From Polyangia bacterium (GTDB lineage Bacteria > Myxococcota_A > Polyangia > Polyangiales > JAUICN01), in the NCBI GenBank assembly GCA_030427835.1, contig JAUICN010000013.1:16663-80662 (forward strand): a DNA stretch of 64,000 nucleotides, read 5' to 3'. Each line of letters opens with the position of its first letter. The first letter of the stretch is position 1. Shown here one piece after another: positions 8,430 to 17,915 of this stretch. The notes under the pieces are model-generated. The model had not been told where the DNA came from and did no database searches. It saw nothing but the letters and a program-made list of their open reading frames with translations. The translations under genes and the position numbers were made by a program.

Positions 8430-10415
8430 CTAGTTGGCCAGGGCGGCGTCAATGGCGGCTTTGAATGCCGGGAAGGGTTGCGCCCCCTGCAGCAGTTTGC
8501 CGTTGATGAAGAAGCTGGGTGTACCGATCTGGGCACCGGCCTTGGTGACCGCCTGCTTGTCCTGATTGATGCGTGCAGCGTGGCGGTGGCTATCCAGGGC
8601 AGACTTGAACTGGGCCATGTTGATGCCTCCCACTTCCTGGGCGTACTGCTCCAGGTTGGCCCGGGAAAGGGCACGTTGGTTGGCGAACAGTTTGTCATGG
8701 TAGGCCCAGAACTTCTCATCCCCACCCTGGCGATGAACCTCCATGGAGGCCTCATGAGCAAGCTGCGCGTTTTGGTGGAACGGCAATGGGAAGTGGCGCC
8801 AAACGATGCGCACCTTGCCTGCGTACTCCTGCTTGATCTGCTGAATAGTGGGGTTCACCCGACCGCAGAATGGGCATTCAAAGTCGCTGAACTCCTGAAT
8901 CACAACCTTTGCATTCTTTGGACCGTAGGAGGGTGAGTCGTCGGTGACGGCAATGTTGTAGATCTTGTTGGGGTCCGGGCGGGCGGGCGCCTCGGCGTTG
9001 CCGCCGCCAATGGTCTGGGGCGAGGTGGCGCCATTTTTGATGCTTTCCTCATAGACCTTGGATCGGGGAGTGCCGGCTGCCACAAGCTTGTGTGCCTTTG
9101 CCAACTCCTCGTCGATGACCTTCTTGAAAGCCTCGAAGGGCTGGGCGCCCCGCAGGTTGCGACCGTTGATGAAGAAACTTGGTGTCCCGCGAGCGCCAAG
9201 CTGGGCCGCAAGCTTTTGATCCTTCTCGATGGCCGCCTGGTGCTCGTTATTGTCGATGGCGGACTTCAACTGGGCCACGTTCAGGCCAAGCTCCTGACCG
9301 TATTTCTCCAGGTCGGCACGGCTGAGGGCGGTTCGGTTGTCGAATAGCTTGTCGTGCATGGCCCAGAACTTGTCATTTCCGCCCTGGTCAAAGGCTTCCA
9401 TGGCGGTCTGATGAGCGGGGCCCGCGTTCTTGTGGAATGGCAGCGGGTTGTTGAACCACACGAATCGAACGTCGTTGCCGTATTGCTCCTTGATTTGCTT
9501 CATGGTGGGTTGCACGCGGGAGCAGAAGGGGCATTCGAAGTCGCTCACCTCAACAATGGTGACAAGCGCATCAGCTGGACCCTTGGAAGGATTGCCGTCC
9601 ACAGGAACCTTGTACACCGCGTTGGGGTCAGGCTGGGCACGGGCCTGTTGTGGTTGTTGGGGCTTGGGATCTTCGGCCTTCTCCTTGGCGTTCTTCATGA
9701 AGGCGGCGTAGAGCTGTTGGCGCTTCACACCCTTTTTGAGCAGGCCTTCCGCTGCGGCGATTTCCTCGTCGATGACTTCCTTGAACTTCTCAAAGGGCTG
9801 GGCACCGGCAAGTTTACGGCCGTTGATGAAAAACCCGGGGGTTCCGCGGGCGCCAATCTTGGAGGCAATCTGCAGGTCGGCTTGAATCACACCCATGTGA
9901 GCGTTGGAATCAAGAGCCTTCTTAAACGCTCCCATGTCAAGAGCGAGTGCCTTGGCGTGCTTCTCAAGGGTTTCACGCCCAAGGGATTTTTGGTCGCCGA
10001 AGAGTTTGTCGTGCATGGCCCAGAACTTCTTGCTGCCACCCTGCTTGAAGGCCTCGATGGAGGCCTGGTGTGCCAGGGGTGCGTCCTTATGGAAAGGAAG
10101 GGGACTGTGGCGCCAGAGAATGCGTACCTTGCCATCGTATTCCTTGAGAATGCGGGCCATGGTCGGGTTCACGCGGCTGCAGAATGGGCATTGGAAGTCA
10201 CTGAACTCCACGATGGTGACCAGCGCATCCTTCACGCCCTTCATGGGCTGGTCATCCGATACGGGAACCTTGAGGCGCTCCACGTTGTCGTCGACACCCA
10301 CGGTGACGGCTTCCTCGGCGACATCGTTGCCGGATTTTCCACCCGTGAGGTGGCCTATTAACAGGCCTCCCACAAACGCGACCAAAATCGATGCAATGGC
10401 TGAACCCTTATTCAT
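8430..10415 (-). CDS. Membrane-anchored protein with three tandem DsbA-family thioredoxin domains
   Basis: Three copies of [FV]SDF[QE]CPFC...GTP.FFING. N-terminal hydrophobic anchor. SD AAGGAG upstream. Confidence 0.9.
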   Translation of the reverse strand: MNKGSAIASILVAFVGGLLIGHLTGGKSGNDVAEEAVTVGVDDNVERLKVPVSDDQPMKGVKDALVTIVEFSDFQCPFCSRVNPTMARILKEYDGKVRILWRHSPLPFHKDAPLAHQASIEAFKQGGSKKFWAMHDKLFGDQKSLGRETLEKHAKALALDMGAFKKALDSNAHMGVIQADLQIASKIGARGTPGFFINGRKLAGAQPFEKFKEVIDEEIAAAEGLLKKGVKRQQLYAAFMKNAKEKAEDPKPQQPQQARAQPDPNAVYKVPVDGNPSKGPADALVTIVEVSDFECPFCSRVQPTMKQIKEQYGNDVRFVWFNNPLPFHKNAGPAHQTAMEAFDQGGNDKFWAMHDKLFDNRTALSRADLEKYGQELGLNVAQLKSAIDNNEHQAAIEKDQKLAAQLGARGTPSFFINGRNLRGAQPFEAFKKVIDEELAKAHKLVAAGTPRSKVYEESIKNGATSPQTIGGGNAEAPARPDPNKIYNIAVTDDSPSYGPKNAKVVIQEFSDFECPFCGRVNPTIQQIKQEYAGKVRIVWRHFPLPFHQNAQLAHEASMEVHRQGGDEKFWAYHDKLFANQRALSRANLEQYAQEVGGINMAQFKSALDSHRHAARINQDKQAVTKAGAQIGTPSFFINGKLLQGAQPFPAFKAAIDAALAN

Positions 10416-10600
10416 GACTCTCTACCTCTCCTTACACATGGAACCCGGATGGGCGTCCTAACTTCACGTGGCCAATGTTTGAATAACGATTTGGCACACG
10501 ATTGGGCACAATTGGGGCCCGTGAGTTGCGTACAAACCACGGTCGCTGCAAAAGGTCAACTGCCGAGCAGGATCGGGGGCGATCGGGGGCACCACGGAAC

Positions 10601-11233
10601 ATGAAGCGCGAACACCTGGAACAGCTGATCTATTCCCTGAAAACGCCCCTTAGGGCAGAGATTCCCCAGGTGGTGAAGGCCCAATTGGCGGATTTTGCGA
10701 AACTTGTGGCCCAGTGGAACCGGCGCATGAACCTGACCGCGGCCAAAGATAGCCAGGATCTGTGCGAGGTGCTTTTTGCGGATGCCCTGGTTTTGGCAGG
10801 CGTGGTGAGTGACTCGGCCCGGGTGGTGGACGTGGGCTCAGGGGCGGGAGCACCGGGAATTCCGCTGTTTTTGTTGCGGCAGGATCTCGAGGGGCTACTG
10901 GTAGAACCTCTTCACAAGCGATGCACGTTCCTGAGGTTCTGCCTGGCCGAGCTGGGGCTTCTGGATCGAGTGAGCGTGGCCCAGCAGTCCATCCCCACCG
11001 ACGGCCCTCCCCCGCCCCAGCACCCGGTGCCCCAGTTCAAGCCCACCGTAGCCATGTCCCGAGCCACCTTCGCCCCAGCCGACTGGCTACCCCTCGGGCA
11101 AGGCCTCCTGCCCACCGGCGCCCCCGTGGTGGTGCTAGCCAGCCAACCCCTGCAAGCCCCATCCAGCCCTAACCAAGTAATCGAATACACCTGGCCCCTG
11201 TCTGGACGACAACGTTGGTTGGGGGTTTGGTAG
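10601..11233 (+). CDS. rsmG: 16S rRNA m7G527 methyltransferase
   Basis: WNRRMNLTA, VVDVGSGAGAPGIPL, LVEP..KR..FL, SRAT. Confidence 0.85.
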   Translation: MKREHLEQLIYSLKTPLRAEIPQVVKAQLADFAKLVAQWNRRMNLTAAKDSQDLCEVLFADALVLAGVVSDSARVVDVGSGAGAPGIPLFLLRQDLEGLLVEPLHKRCTFLRFCLAELGLLDRVSVAQQSIPTDGPPPPQHPVPQFKPTVAMSRATFAPADWLPLGQGLLPTGAPVVVLASQPLQAPSSPNQVIEYTWPLSGRQRWLGVW

Positions 11234-11254
11234 GCTATTAACCCTGGAACGTTG

Positions 11255-11887
11255 CTAGTTGCGATCGGGGAGGATGCGGATGCGGCGGTTGTTGCCTTCG
11301 CCTTCGGAGCGGGTGGAGACGCCTTCGAACTCGGCAAGGAAGTTGTGGACCACGCGGCGGTCCCTGGGGGTCATGGGCTGTAAAGAGACGACCTTGCCCT
11401 GATCGATGGCCCGTTCGGCCTGACGCTCGGCAAGGGTGCAGAGGCCCTCGTCGTGGCGTTCGCGGTAGTCGCCGGAATCGATCAGGATGTGCCTGCGGCC
11501 CCGGTGGGAGCGGTTGATGTGCTTGTTTACCAGAAACTGTAGGGCGTCCAGGGTTTGGCCCTTGCGGCCGATGGCGCGACCGGAGTCAGGGCCGGAGATG
11601 TCCAACACCACTTCTTCGTCGTCGGTACGAATGGCGACGTCGGTGTCCAGGTCCATGTGGGCGAGAATGCCGTCCAGGAACTCCAGTGCTTCCTCGGCCT
11701 TGCCGTCACCGGGGTGCCCCTTGGAGGCCTCGTCGTCCCGGCTGTCGGAACGGCGGCTGGCATTGCGACGGCTGTCACTGCGACCACTGCCACTACGGCT
11801 GCTGGCATTGGGTTTGTCGTTGGTGGGGGCGTCGCCATCCACAAAGAGGGCGCCATCCATGAGGGGCTTGTCGTTATTGTCGGCCAC
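11255..11887 (-). CDS. jag: Jag/KhpB RNA-binding protein (KH + R3H)
   Basis: IGRKGQTLDALQFL, PMTPRDRRVVH, SEGEG..R. Located after yidC. Confidence 0.9.
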   Translation of the reverse strand: MADNNDKPLMDGALFVDGDAPTNDKPNASSRSGSGRSDSRRNASRRSDSRDDEASKGHPGDGKAEEALEFLDGILAHMDLDTDVAIRTDDEEVVLDISGPDSGRAIGRKGQTLDALQFLVNKHINRSHRGRRHILIDSGDYRERHDEGLCTLAERQAERAIDQGKVVSLQPMTPRDRRVVHNFLAEFEGVSTRSEGEGNNRRIRILPDRN

Positions 11888-13844
11888 GTCGTGTTCTCCG
11901 CTTGGTATTCTTTTTGTTTTTCTTGGCCAGGGTGGTTCGTTCTACCACGCTGGATGAGCGATCGTCGGTGTTGTAGTTGCCGCCGGCAAGGGCAGGTGTG
12001 CCAAGTACAGCCTCGGGAGTCTCCCCCGATTCTGTGGGCTTGTCGCCGTTTTTCTGGGGCGCCTTCTGGGCAGATTTCTCCGCTGCGGTTTTGCGGTCCA
12101 GGGCCCTGTGAATCGTTTGCTGTTGGGCCAGGCCGAGCATGCTGCTGGTGACCATGTAAAGGCACAGCCCCGCGGGCAAGAACAGCATGAATACGGTGAT
12201 CATGATGGGCATCATGTACATCATGATCTTGGCCTGGGAGGCATCCATGGTGGTGGGGGTGAGCCGTTGTTGCAGGAACATGAGCGCGCCCAGGGTAAGG
12301 GGCAGCACGTAGTAGGGGTCGGGGGCGGAGAGGTCGGTCCACCAGAGCACGAAGTTGGCGTGGTAGAGCTCCACGTTGGTGGAAAGGGAGGCGTAGAACG
12401 CAAACCACACGGGCATCTGAACCACCTGGGGCAGGCAGCCGCCGATGGGGTTGATTTTGTGTTTGCGGTAGATCTCCATCATCGCCGCGCCCTTTTTCTC
12501 CCGGTCGTCGGCGTAAAGGGCGTTGATGCGGTCGATTTCAGGCTTCACTACCCGCATGCGGGCCATGGACTGAAAGCTTTTCCAGGTGAGCGGGAACATG
12601 ACCAGGCGCACAAGGATGGTCATCAGAATGATGGCCAGGCCCCAGTTGCCCGCAAAACCGTAGACCCAAGTGAGCAGGCGTACGAGCTGCTGGGCGACCG
12701 CGGAGAACCAACCGAGGTCGATGGCACGGGAGAGTTCGTGGCCGGCAGCCTCCAGGTCGGCGGCGGACTTGGGGCCGGCGTAAATAAGCGAGCGGGACAT
12801 GTGGGTTTCGCCCGGTGGGATTTCGGTGACAGGGCTTACGAGGCCAGCGGCAAAGAGGTTGCCGTGGGGCTCGTCGACAGTGCCGCCACGGGGCTCTCCC
12901 ACAATCTGGCAACGGGCGCCGGGGGCTTCTTTTTCGGGCGCCAGGAGAATGGTGAAGAAACTGTCTTCGATTCCCACAAAACCCACCTTGCCACCGTAGC
13001 CGTGGCCCTTGGGGGCCTCTGGGGTGACGCGGACCTTTTCCTTGTCCATGCGGGTGACTTCATCGTCGTGTAGGCACAGGCCGGTGGTGATTTTAGGAGA
13101 ACGGCGGGCAAGCATGCCGCCGCCCTCGTCGGCGGTTTTGGTGTAGTGGTGGGTGCCGGTGCGGAGTTTGATCTTGCGGGGGCGGGTGGTGTGGTTGGTG
13201 ACCCGTACGGTGGACCAGGCCTGGAAGCGGTTGGTGGCGGCTTCAAGCTCGCGCACCACGGTGTAGCGGCCGTTAGTCCAACGGAGTTCCACCAGGGATT
13301 CGGACTTCTGGGTGACCTGCCACACCGCGTTCTCGGGCATGCCAATGCCCTGGACGTGGAGGCGGCCGGGGTTGTATTCGGGGCGGTCGGTGGTGACGAG
13401 GTTCAGGGGGTTGCCGTCCCCATCCACCATGCGGTCGGCGTGGAGGTGCCAGGCCTCGAAGCCTCCTGAAACGTTGCTTACGAGAGCACGGAAGCCGTTC
13501 CCCTTGAGGGGTGTGGAGGTGGGTTCCACACCCTTGGTGGCGGCCACTTGGGCTGGTGTGGTAGGCGCTGTTTCGACTGGAGTTGGTTCGACTGGAACGG
13601 GTTTGGCGGAGGAAGGCTGGGAGTCGTTCAGTTCAGGTTCTGGCGTAAAGGACTCGTCAGCCGGGGCGGAAGCGACCTCTGGGGCATCCACGGCGGGGGT
13701 AGTGGAGGTGACGTCTTCTTTTTTGTTGAAGAACGCATCGTAGCCCCAGTAACCGCCGACGACGATTAGGGAGATCAATGCCATCAGTAGGATCTGACGG
13801 GTGTTGATCGTGGATTCGTGGGGGCTGGAGGGTGGCTCGTACAT
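11874..13844 (-). CDS. yidC: Membrane protein insertase YidC
   Basis: GNWGLAII..TILVR....PL, INP.GGCLP..VQMP, DLSAPDPYYVLP, LPAGL.LY. Conserved gene context. Confidence 0.95.
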   Translation of the reverse strand: MYEPPSSPHESTINTRQILLMALISLIVVGGYWGYDAFFNKKEDVTSTTPAVDAPEVASAPADESFTPEPELNDSQPSSAKPVPVEPTPVETAPTTPAQVAATKGVEPTSTPLKGNGFRALVSNVSGGFEAWHLHADRMVDGDGNPLNLVTTDRPEYNPGRLHVQGIGMPENAVWQVTQKSESLVELRWTNGRYTVVRELEAATNRFQAWSTVRVTNHTTRPRKIKLRTGTHHYTKTADEGGGMLARRSPKITTGLCLHDDEVTRMDKEKVRVTPEAPKGHGYGGKVGFVGIEDSFFTILLAPEKEAPGARCQIVGEPRGGTVDEPHGNLFAAGLVSPVTEIPPGETHMSRSLIYAGPKSAADLEAAGHELSRAIDLGWFSAVAQQLVRLLTWVYGFAGNWGLAIILMTILVRLVMFPLTWKSFQSMARMRVVKPEIDRINALYADDREKKGAAMMEIYRKHKINPIGGCLPQVVQMPVWFAFYASLSTNVELYHANFVLWWTDLSAPDPYYVLPLTLGALMFLQQRLTPTTMDASQAKIMMYMMPIMITVFMLFLPAGLCLYMVTSSMLGLAQQQTIHRALDRKTAAEKSAQKAPQKNGDKPTESGETPEAVLGTPALAGGNYNTDDRSSSVVERTTLAKKNKKNTKRRTRRGRQ

Positions 13845-13943
13845 GGAAGAGTTGGGGCGTTCCTTGCTTGGGAACGGGTGTTGGAACAGGTGGGCGAAAA
13901 AGGCCGAGGAAAGTCTTGGTAGAGGTCTTACGGAAAGGTAGGG

Positions 13944-14183
13944 CTAGGAAGGTTGGTCCGGAGGATGAAGGGATTCGGGCGGAGGATCAAACCCCCCAGG
14001 GTGAAAAGGGTGACAACGGGCCAAACGGCGCAGGCCTAGAACCACCCCCCGGAGCACCCCAAGGCGCTGAATGCAGGTGGCGGTGTAGCTGGAGCAGGTG
14101 GGGTGAAAGCGGCATTGATAGCCCAGCCAGGGGGAGACCATGTGCTGGTACAGGCGAACCAGGGTGAGCACTGCCCTCTTCAC
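13944..14183 (-). CDS. yidD: Membrane protein insertion efficiency factor YidD
   Basis: YQ..VSP..G..CRFHPTCS.Y...RCHPFHPGG.DP. Confidence 0.95.
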   Translation of the reverse strand: MKRAVLTLVRLYQHMVSPWLGYQCRFHPTCSSYTATCIQRLGVLRGVVLGLRRLARCHPFHPGGFDPPPESLHPPDQPS

Positions 14184-14614
14184 AGGTCCTTCGTTTCAGC
14201 TCGGCGGGCGGCCCGGGCAGCGCTACTAAGCTCGTGTGTAACCTGCTCCAGGGTAAGCTCGGGGGCGCCCCGTTTGGCCACCACCACCAGATCGACTCCA
14301 GCGGGCAACTGATCGCGGTTCTTACGGTAAAACTCCCGTACCAGGCGTTTTACGCGGTTTCGGTGCACCGCACGTTTGCTCACGCGCTTGGTGACGGTGA
14401 TTCCAATGCGGCGCGCCACTGGAGGATCCCCATCGGCAGGGTTGTTCGCCAGGACCATCAGAATGAAGTGACGGGTGTGGAATTTGGCACCACCGGATTG
14501 AACCCGGAGGAACTGGGAGCGAAAGGTGAGGTGCTCGGCCTTCGGAAAGGCCTGGGACTCTGGAGCCTGGGACTCGGTAGAGAGCCCCTGGGGCGCTTTA
14601 CTTCTTGTAGACAC
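14180..14614 (-). CDS. rnpA: RNase P protein component
   Basis: [26 protein letters not shown] motif; lies between rpmH and yidD. Confidence 0.95.
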   Translation of the reverse strand: MSTRSKAPQGLSTESQAPESQAFPKAEHLTFRSQFLRVQSGGAKFHTRHFILMVLANNPADGDPPVARRIGITVTKRVSKRAVHRNRVKRLVREFYRKNRDQLPAGVDLVVVAKRGAPELTLEQVTHELSSAARAARRAETKDL

Positions 14615-14747
14615 TCACGGCGAGCCTTTTACGGCCCTTACGGCGACGGGCGGCAAGCACCTTACGGCCGTTTTTGGTTTCCATGCGGGCACGAAAACCG
14701 TGGGTACGGAGCCTGCGAGTTCTGCTGGGTTGGTAGGTGCGCTTCAC
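14598..14747 (-). CDS. rpmH: 50S ribosomal protein L34 (absent from ORF track)
   Basis: Manual translation: [54 protein letters not shown] (49 aa). SD GGAG upstream. Confidence 0.97.
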   Translation of the reverse strand: MKRTYQPSRTRRLRTHGFRARMETKNGRKVLAARRRKGRKRLAVSVYKK

Positions 14748-14823
14748 GGCGATCTCCACAGCCGGCGATAAAGGGGGCCGGCGACAAAAAGGTCGCTAAA
14801 GGGAGCACGGCCGGGGGGGGCTG

Positions 14824-15540
14824 TCAAGCAACGGAGGATCCGTCGGTGGGGGCGAGCATGCCCTGTTCCCGAAAGCTGAAGTGTTGGTGATGACCCAGGA
14901 TGATGTGGTCCACCAGGGGAATGCCCAGGATATCGCCCGCGTGGGCCAGGCGATGGGTGAGCTCCAGGTCCGACGGGCTGGGGGTGCAGTTGCCCGAGGG
15001 GTGGTTGTGTACGACCACGGCAAATACGGCCCCCTGGTGGAGCAGGGGGCGAAATACGTCGGCGGGGGTGACCCAGGCAGAGTTGGCGCTGCCCTGGGCC
15101 ACGCGGGTGTTGCCGCAGAGGCGGCTGCGGGAATCCAGGCCAAAGGCGAGCACGTGTTCCTGGGGTGGATTTCCGATGCGGTGGCGGGCCAGCTGGGCGA
15201 TTTCTTCGCTCTTGGTAATGGACTGGCGCTCCGGTGCGGGCTGGCTGTGGCTACGCCGGCCCAGTTCCAGGGCGCTCAATATCCGGGCGGCCTTGGCGGG
15301 CCCCACCCCGGGAAGGCCTGAGATTTCTGCTGGGGTGGCCTGGGAGAGTTCACGCAGGCTTACAAACCGGTGCAGTAGGCGGCTGGCGAGCACCTTTACG
15401 GGTTCCCCTGGCGTGCCGGTACCCAGAACGATGGCGAGCAGTTCTTCTTCGGTGAGGCGTTGGGCGCCCTGTTGGAGGAGCTTTTCCCTGGGAGGCAACA
15501 TGGTGGGAGCCAATGCACGTGCCGTACCGGTTGGGTTCAT
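14824..15540 (-). CDS. radC: RadC family protein (HhH + JAB)
   Basis: PREKLL..GA..L..EELLAI.L.TG, G.GPAKA, HNHPSG..PS..D...T..L..AG..LGI.L.DH.I. Confidence 0.92.
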   Translation of the reverse strand: MNPTGTARALAPTMLPPREKLLQQGAQRLTEEELLAIVLGTGTPGEPVKVLASRLLHRFVSLRELSQATPAEISGLPGVGPAKAARILSALELGRRSHSQPAPERQSITKSEEIAQLARHRIGNPPQEHVLAFGLDSRSRLCGNTRVAQGSANSAWVTPADVFRPLLHQGAVFAVVVHNHPSGNCTPSPSDLELTHRLAHAGDILGIPLVDHIILGHHQHFSFREQGMLAPTDGSSVA

Positions 15541-15560
15541 TAAGGGTTACGGTGTGTTAC

Positions 15561-16376
15561 GTGGATGAAGCCAAGCCCACCGCCACCCACCGCCGGCGGC
15601 CGCCAGTGAGCCCCGTGGTTTTTGGGGGAGCGACGGCCGTTCTCGCGCTGGCGTCCGCTGGGGTGCTGTGGAGTACACGGGTGCCACCGGAGCAACGTCG
15701 TGCCCACCAACCTGGGATCACTCTCATTGTAACGTCGGGGAAAGTGTTGGAGCCCAGGTTGGACATTGCGATTCAACCTCAGCCCTCCAGCTGCACGCCG
15801 CCGGCAACCAAAACACCAGGGCACGCGAACCCATTACCCACAAACGTGGGAGAGAACGCCGCGAGCCCCGTAACCCGTTGGGAAACCACGAACCAAAGCC
15901 CTGGGGGGTTTGCGTGGGGCGGTACGGACGACCGACTGCACGTGCACGGGTTGGACGGGGCGGAGCTGTGGACGTTCGAGGATACCCAGGACGTGACGGC
16001 GCAACCGCTGGTCGTCGGCAACCGGATTTACGCCGCGGGAGAGTCCGGGGTGGTGCGCGCGTTTGAGTTGAACGGGGACATGCTTTGGGAAACGGATGTG
16101 ACTGGCCCGGTGCGGGCGCCCCTGGTTCAAGCCGGTGAAGATATGATTTGGGTGCTGACCAGCGGGCTCACGCCCCAACTGATTCGCCTAGGGTTCAATG
16201 GCACCCTCCACGCCGTGCACCACCTGCCCCGATCCGACGACCCCGCCACCACCTACCCCCATGCACCCGTGGTGACCGACAACAATTGGACGTGGCTCAC
16301 CGACCACCTGTGTAGACTGCTCGCACTAGACACCCAAGGCCGCCTGCGTGTTCAAAGGGTGTTGTCGCAACCTTGA
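15561..16376 (+). CDS. PQQ-binding-like beta-propeller protein with N-terminal TM segment
   Basis: Repeats G.D..LH....DG.ELWTF and .VRAF..NG..LW. Confidence 0.7.
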   Translation: MDEAKPTATHRRRPPVSPVVFGGATAVLALASAGVLWSTRVPPEQRRAHQPGITLIVTSGKVLEPRLDIAIQPQPSSCTPPATKTPGHANPLPTNVGENAASPVTRWETTNQSPGGFAWGGTDDRLHVHGLDGAELWTFEDTQDVTAQPLVVGNRIYAAGESGVVRAFELNGDMLWETDVTGPVRAPLVQAGEDMIWVLTSGLTPQLIRLGFNGTLHAVHHLPRSDDPATTYPHAPVVTDNNWTWLTDHLCRLLALDTQGRLRVQRVLSQP

Positions 16377-16386
16377 GAATCCACAT

Positions 16387-17685
16387 TTAGTTCACTAGGT
16401 TGACGTTGTAGACGACCTTGAGTGCTGCGAGGGTGGCGGCGTCTGCTTGGGAGGCGCTGAGGGTGAGGAGGAGTCCACGGCCGTTTTGCTTTACAGTCGC
16501 CACGACGTTGTCATTGAGAAGCAATTTTAGGCCGGCAGACGTTACCTCAGGATTGTCGTTCACCGACAGGGACTGAAGGTGTGTGGGCCAGTGGTCTACC
16601 AGATTTGCTAGCCCGGGATCGGAGAAACCACCACCGAACTTGAAGGTGCCGATGAAGCTCAGGTCGAGCGACTCCAGTTTGGGAAATACTTGCGCGATGG
16701 ATGCTAACTCTTCGTTGACTTTTCTGCCCGAGCAAAGCGACATATTTAGTGACTCTAGGCTTTCCATGGTGAAGTTACGGGCGGCGGCCTTGGTTAGGTC
16801 AAACTGGTCTGTTTCGTTGAGCCTCAGTGCCCGAACGCGATCGAGATCAAAGAGCGCTTTCAGCTCCCTATTTCTGGTGGGAAGGTCATAGGGACCTGCG
16901 GTTACGCTTTGCCAAAAGGTGATGCCCACTAGTTGTGGAAGCGTACCAATCGCTGTGAGCCCTTCGGCGCTCGTTTCGATAAGGTCCCCAAAGGTGACAA
17001 CATTTAGGTGGGGAAGCGATGCCAATGCATCAATGCTTCCGCCAATCCAGGCGCGAGCCATGGTTGCGGAAAGCAAGATTGAAATGTCGTCCGGCTTGCC
17101 ACTTTTTTTTTGTCCGATGTTGGCGCGCCCCCCTGCGTACTGGTCTGTGCAGCCCAGGAAAAACGTTGTCGACTCTAGTTTACTATCAAGCCAGCGCACG
17201 ATGGCCCAGTGGACAATCGTGGCAGTCCCTGTGCTGCTGTCGACCACGTGGTCCGACACACGAAGGGCCATGGACCAGGTGTCGCCGATGAAGGTGATGT
17301 CGAGGATGGCTTTGTCACCGACCGGGGCCCACTGGGCTTGCAGTTCGTATTCACCGGTGTACCCGAATGATGCAAGGGCCGCTTTCACGATGTCTCTGTG
17401 AACAGGGGGAGCGGCGTTGGGAAACGCAACATCTGCTTCAGGCAACTCAGTGCTGTTCAGCCATTGCACCAACGTGTCCAGTTCTTCTGGCTTTTCGCGG
17501 TCGGGGAACTTGGCTTCGATGAATGGGATTAGGGCTGCCGCAAAGGCGTTGCACTGGGGATCTGTGGCGGTGACGCCCTCAGTGGACTTGCCAGAGGGCG
17601 CGGCGGGCTTTGGTGCGCCGAAGGCGCAGGCGTGGAGCAGCAGCGTGAGGGTGGCCAGTACAACGGATGAGTGCGCGGAGTTCAT
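16387..17685 (-). CDS. Lipoprotein with C-terminal leucine-rich repeats (paralog 1)
   Basis: Lipobox LLLHAC; LRR-like units LESLNMS, FPKLESLDLS, HLQSLSVNDNPEVT..GL. Start revised to ATG 17685. Confidence 0.7.
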   Translation of the reverse strand: MNSAHSSVVLATLTLLLHACAFGAPKPAAPSGKSTEGVTATDPQCNAFAAALIPFIEAKFPDREKPEELDTLVQWLNSTELPEADVAFPNAAPPVHRDIVKAALASFGYTGEYELQAQWAPVGDKAILDITFIGDTWSMALRVSDHVVDSSTGTATIVHWAIVRWLDSKLESTTFFLGCTDQYAGGRANIGQKKSGKPDDISILLSATMARAWIGGSIDALASLPHLNVVTFGDLIETSAEGLTAIGTLPQLVGITFWQSVTAGPYDLPTRNRELKALFDLDRVRALRLNETDQFDLTKAAARNFTMESLESLNMSLCSGRKVNEELASIAQVFPKLESLDLSFIGTFKFGGGFSDPGLANLVDHWPTHLQSLSVNDNPEVTSAGLKLLLNDNVVATVKQNGRGLLLTLSASQADAATLAALKVVYNVNLVN

Positions 17686-17697
17686 GCCGGACTGAAA

Positions 17698-17713
17698 AGC
17701 AATCCCTGTGCCA
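17698..17713 (-). promoter_or_regulatory. sigma54-type promoter
   Basis: TGGCACA-GGGA-TTGCT. The -12 C is at 17699 and the ATG at 17685. Confidence 0.7.
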
Positions 17714-17915
17714 TTTGTGCTTCTTGCGAAAACTGGAGGACATTCCGTCACCCCGGCGCGACATATTCACCGGCCGAACGACCGGAGAAGCCATCCGCCC
17801 CTGTAGACATGAACACAAAAACACGCCTGCCCGTACACGCGGTGTTGTGGCACCCCATCACGCAGTTGCGCGAGTATGGTGACCGCCGGGTGGACGTGAC
17901 TCTTGAAGCGCGAAA

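Noticed and set aside
10491-10508. TTGGCACACGATTGGGCA as a sigma54 promoter for rsmG
   Set aside because: GG-to-GC spacing is 11, not 10.
14748-14830. oriC/DnaA boxes or a sigma70 promoter upstream of rpmH
   Set aside because: No TTATCCACA-like cluster seen. The TTGACA there overlaps the radC stop and has no acceptable -10 at 16-18 nt.
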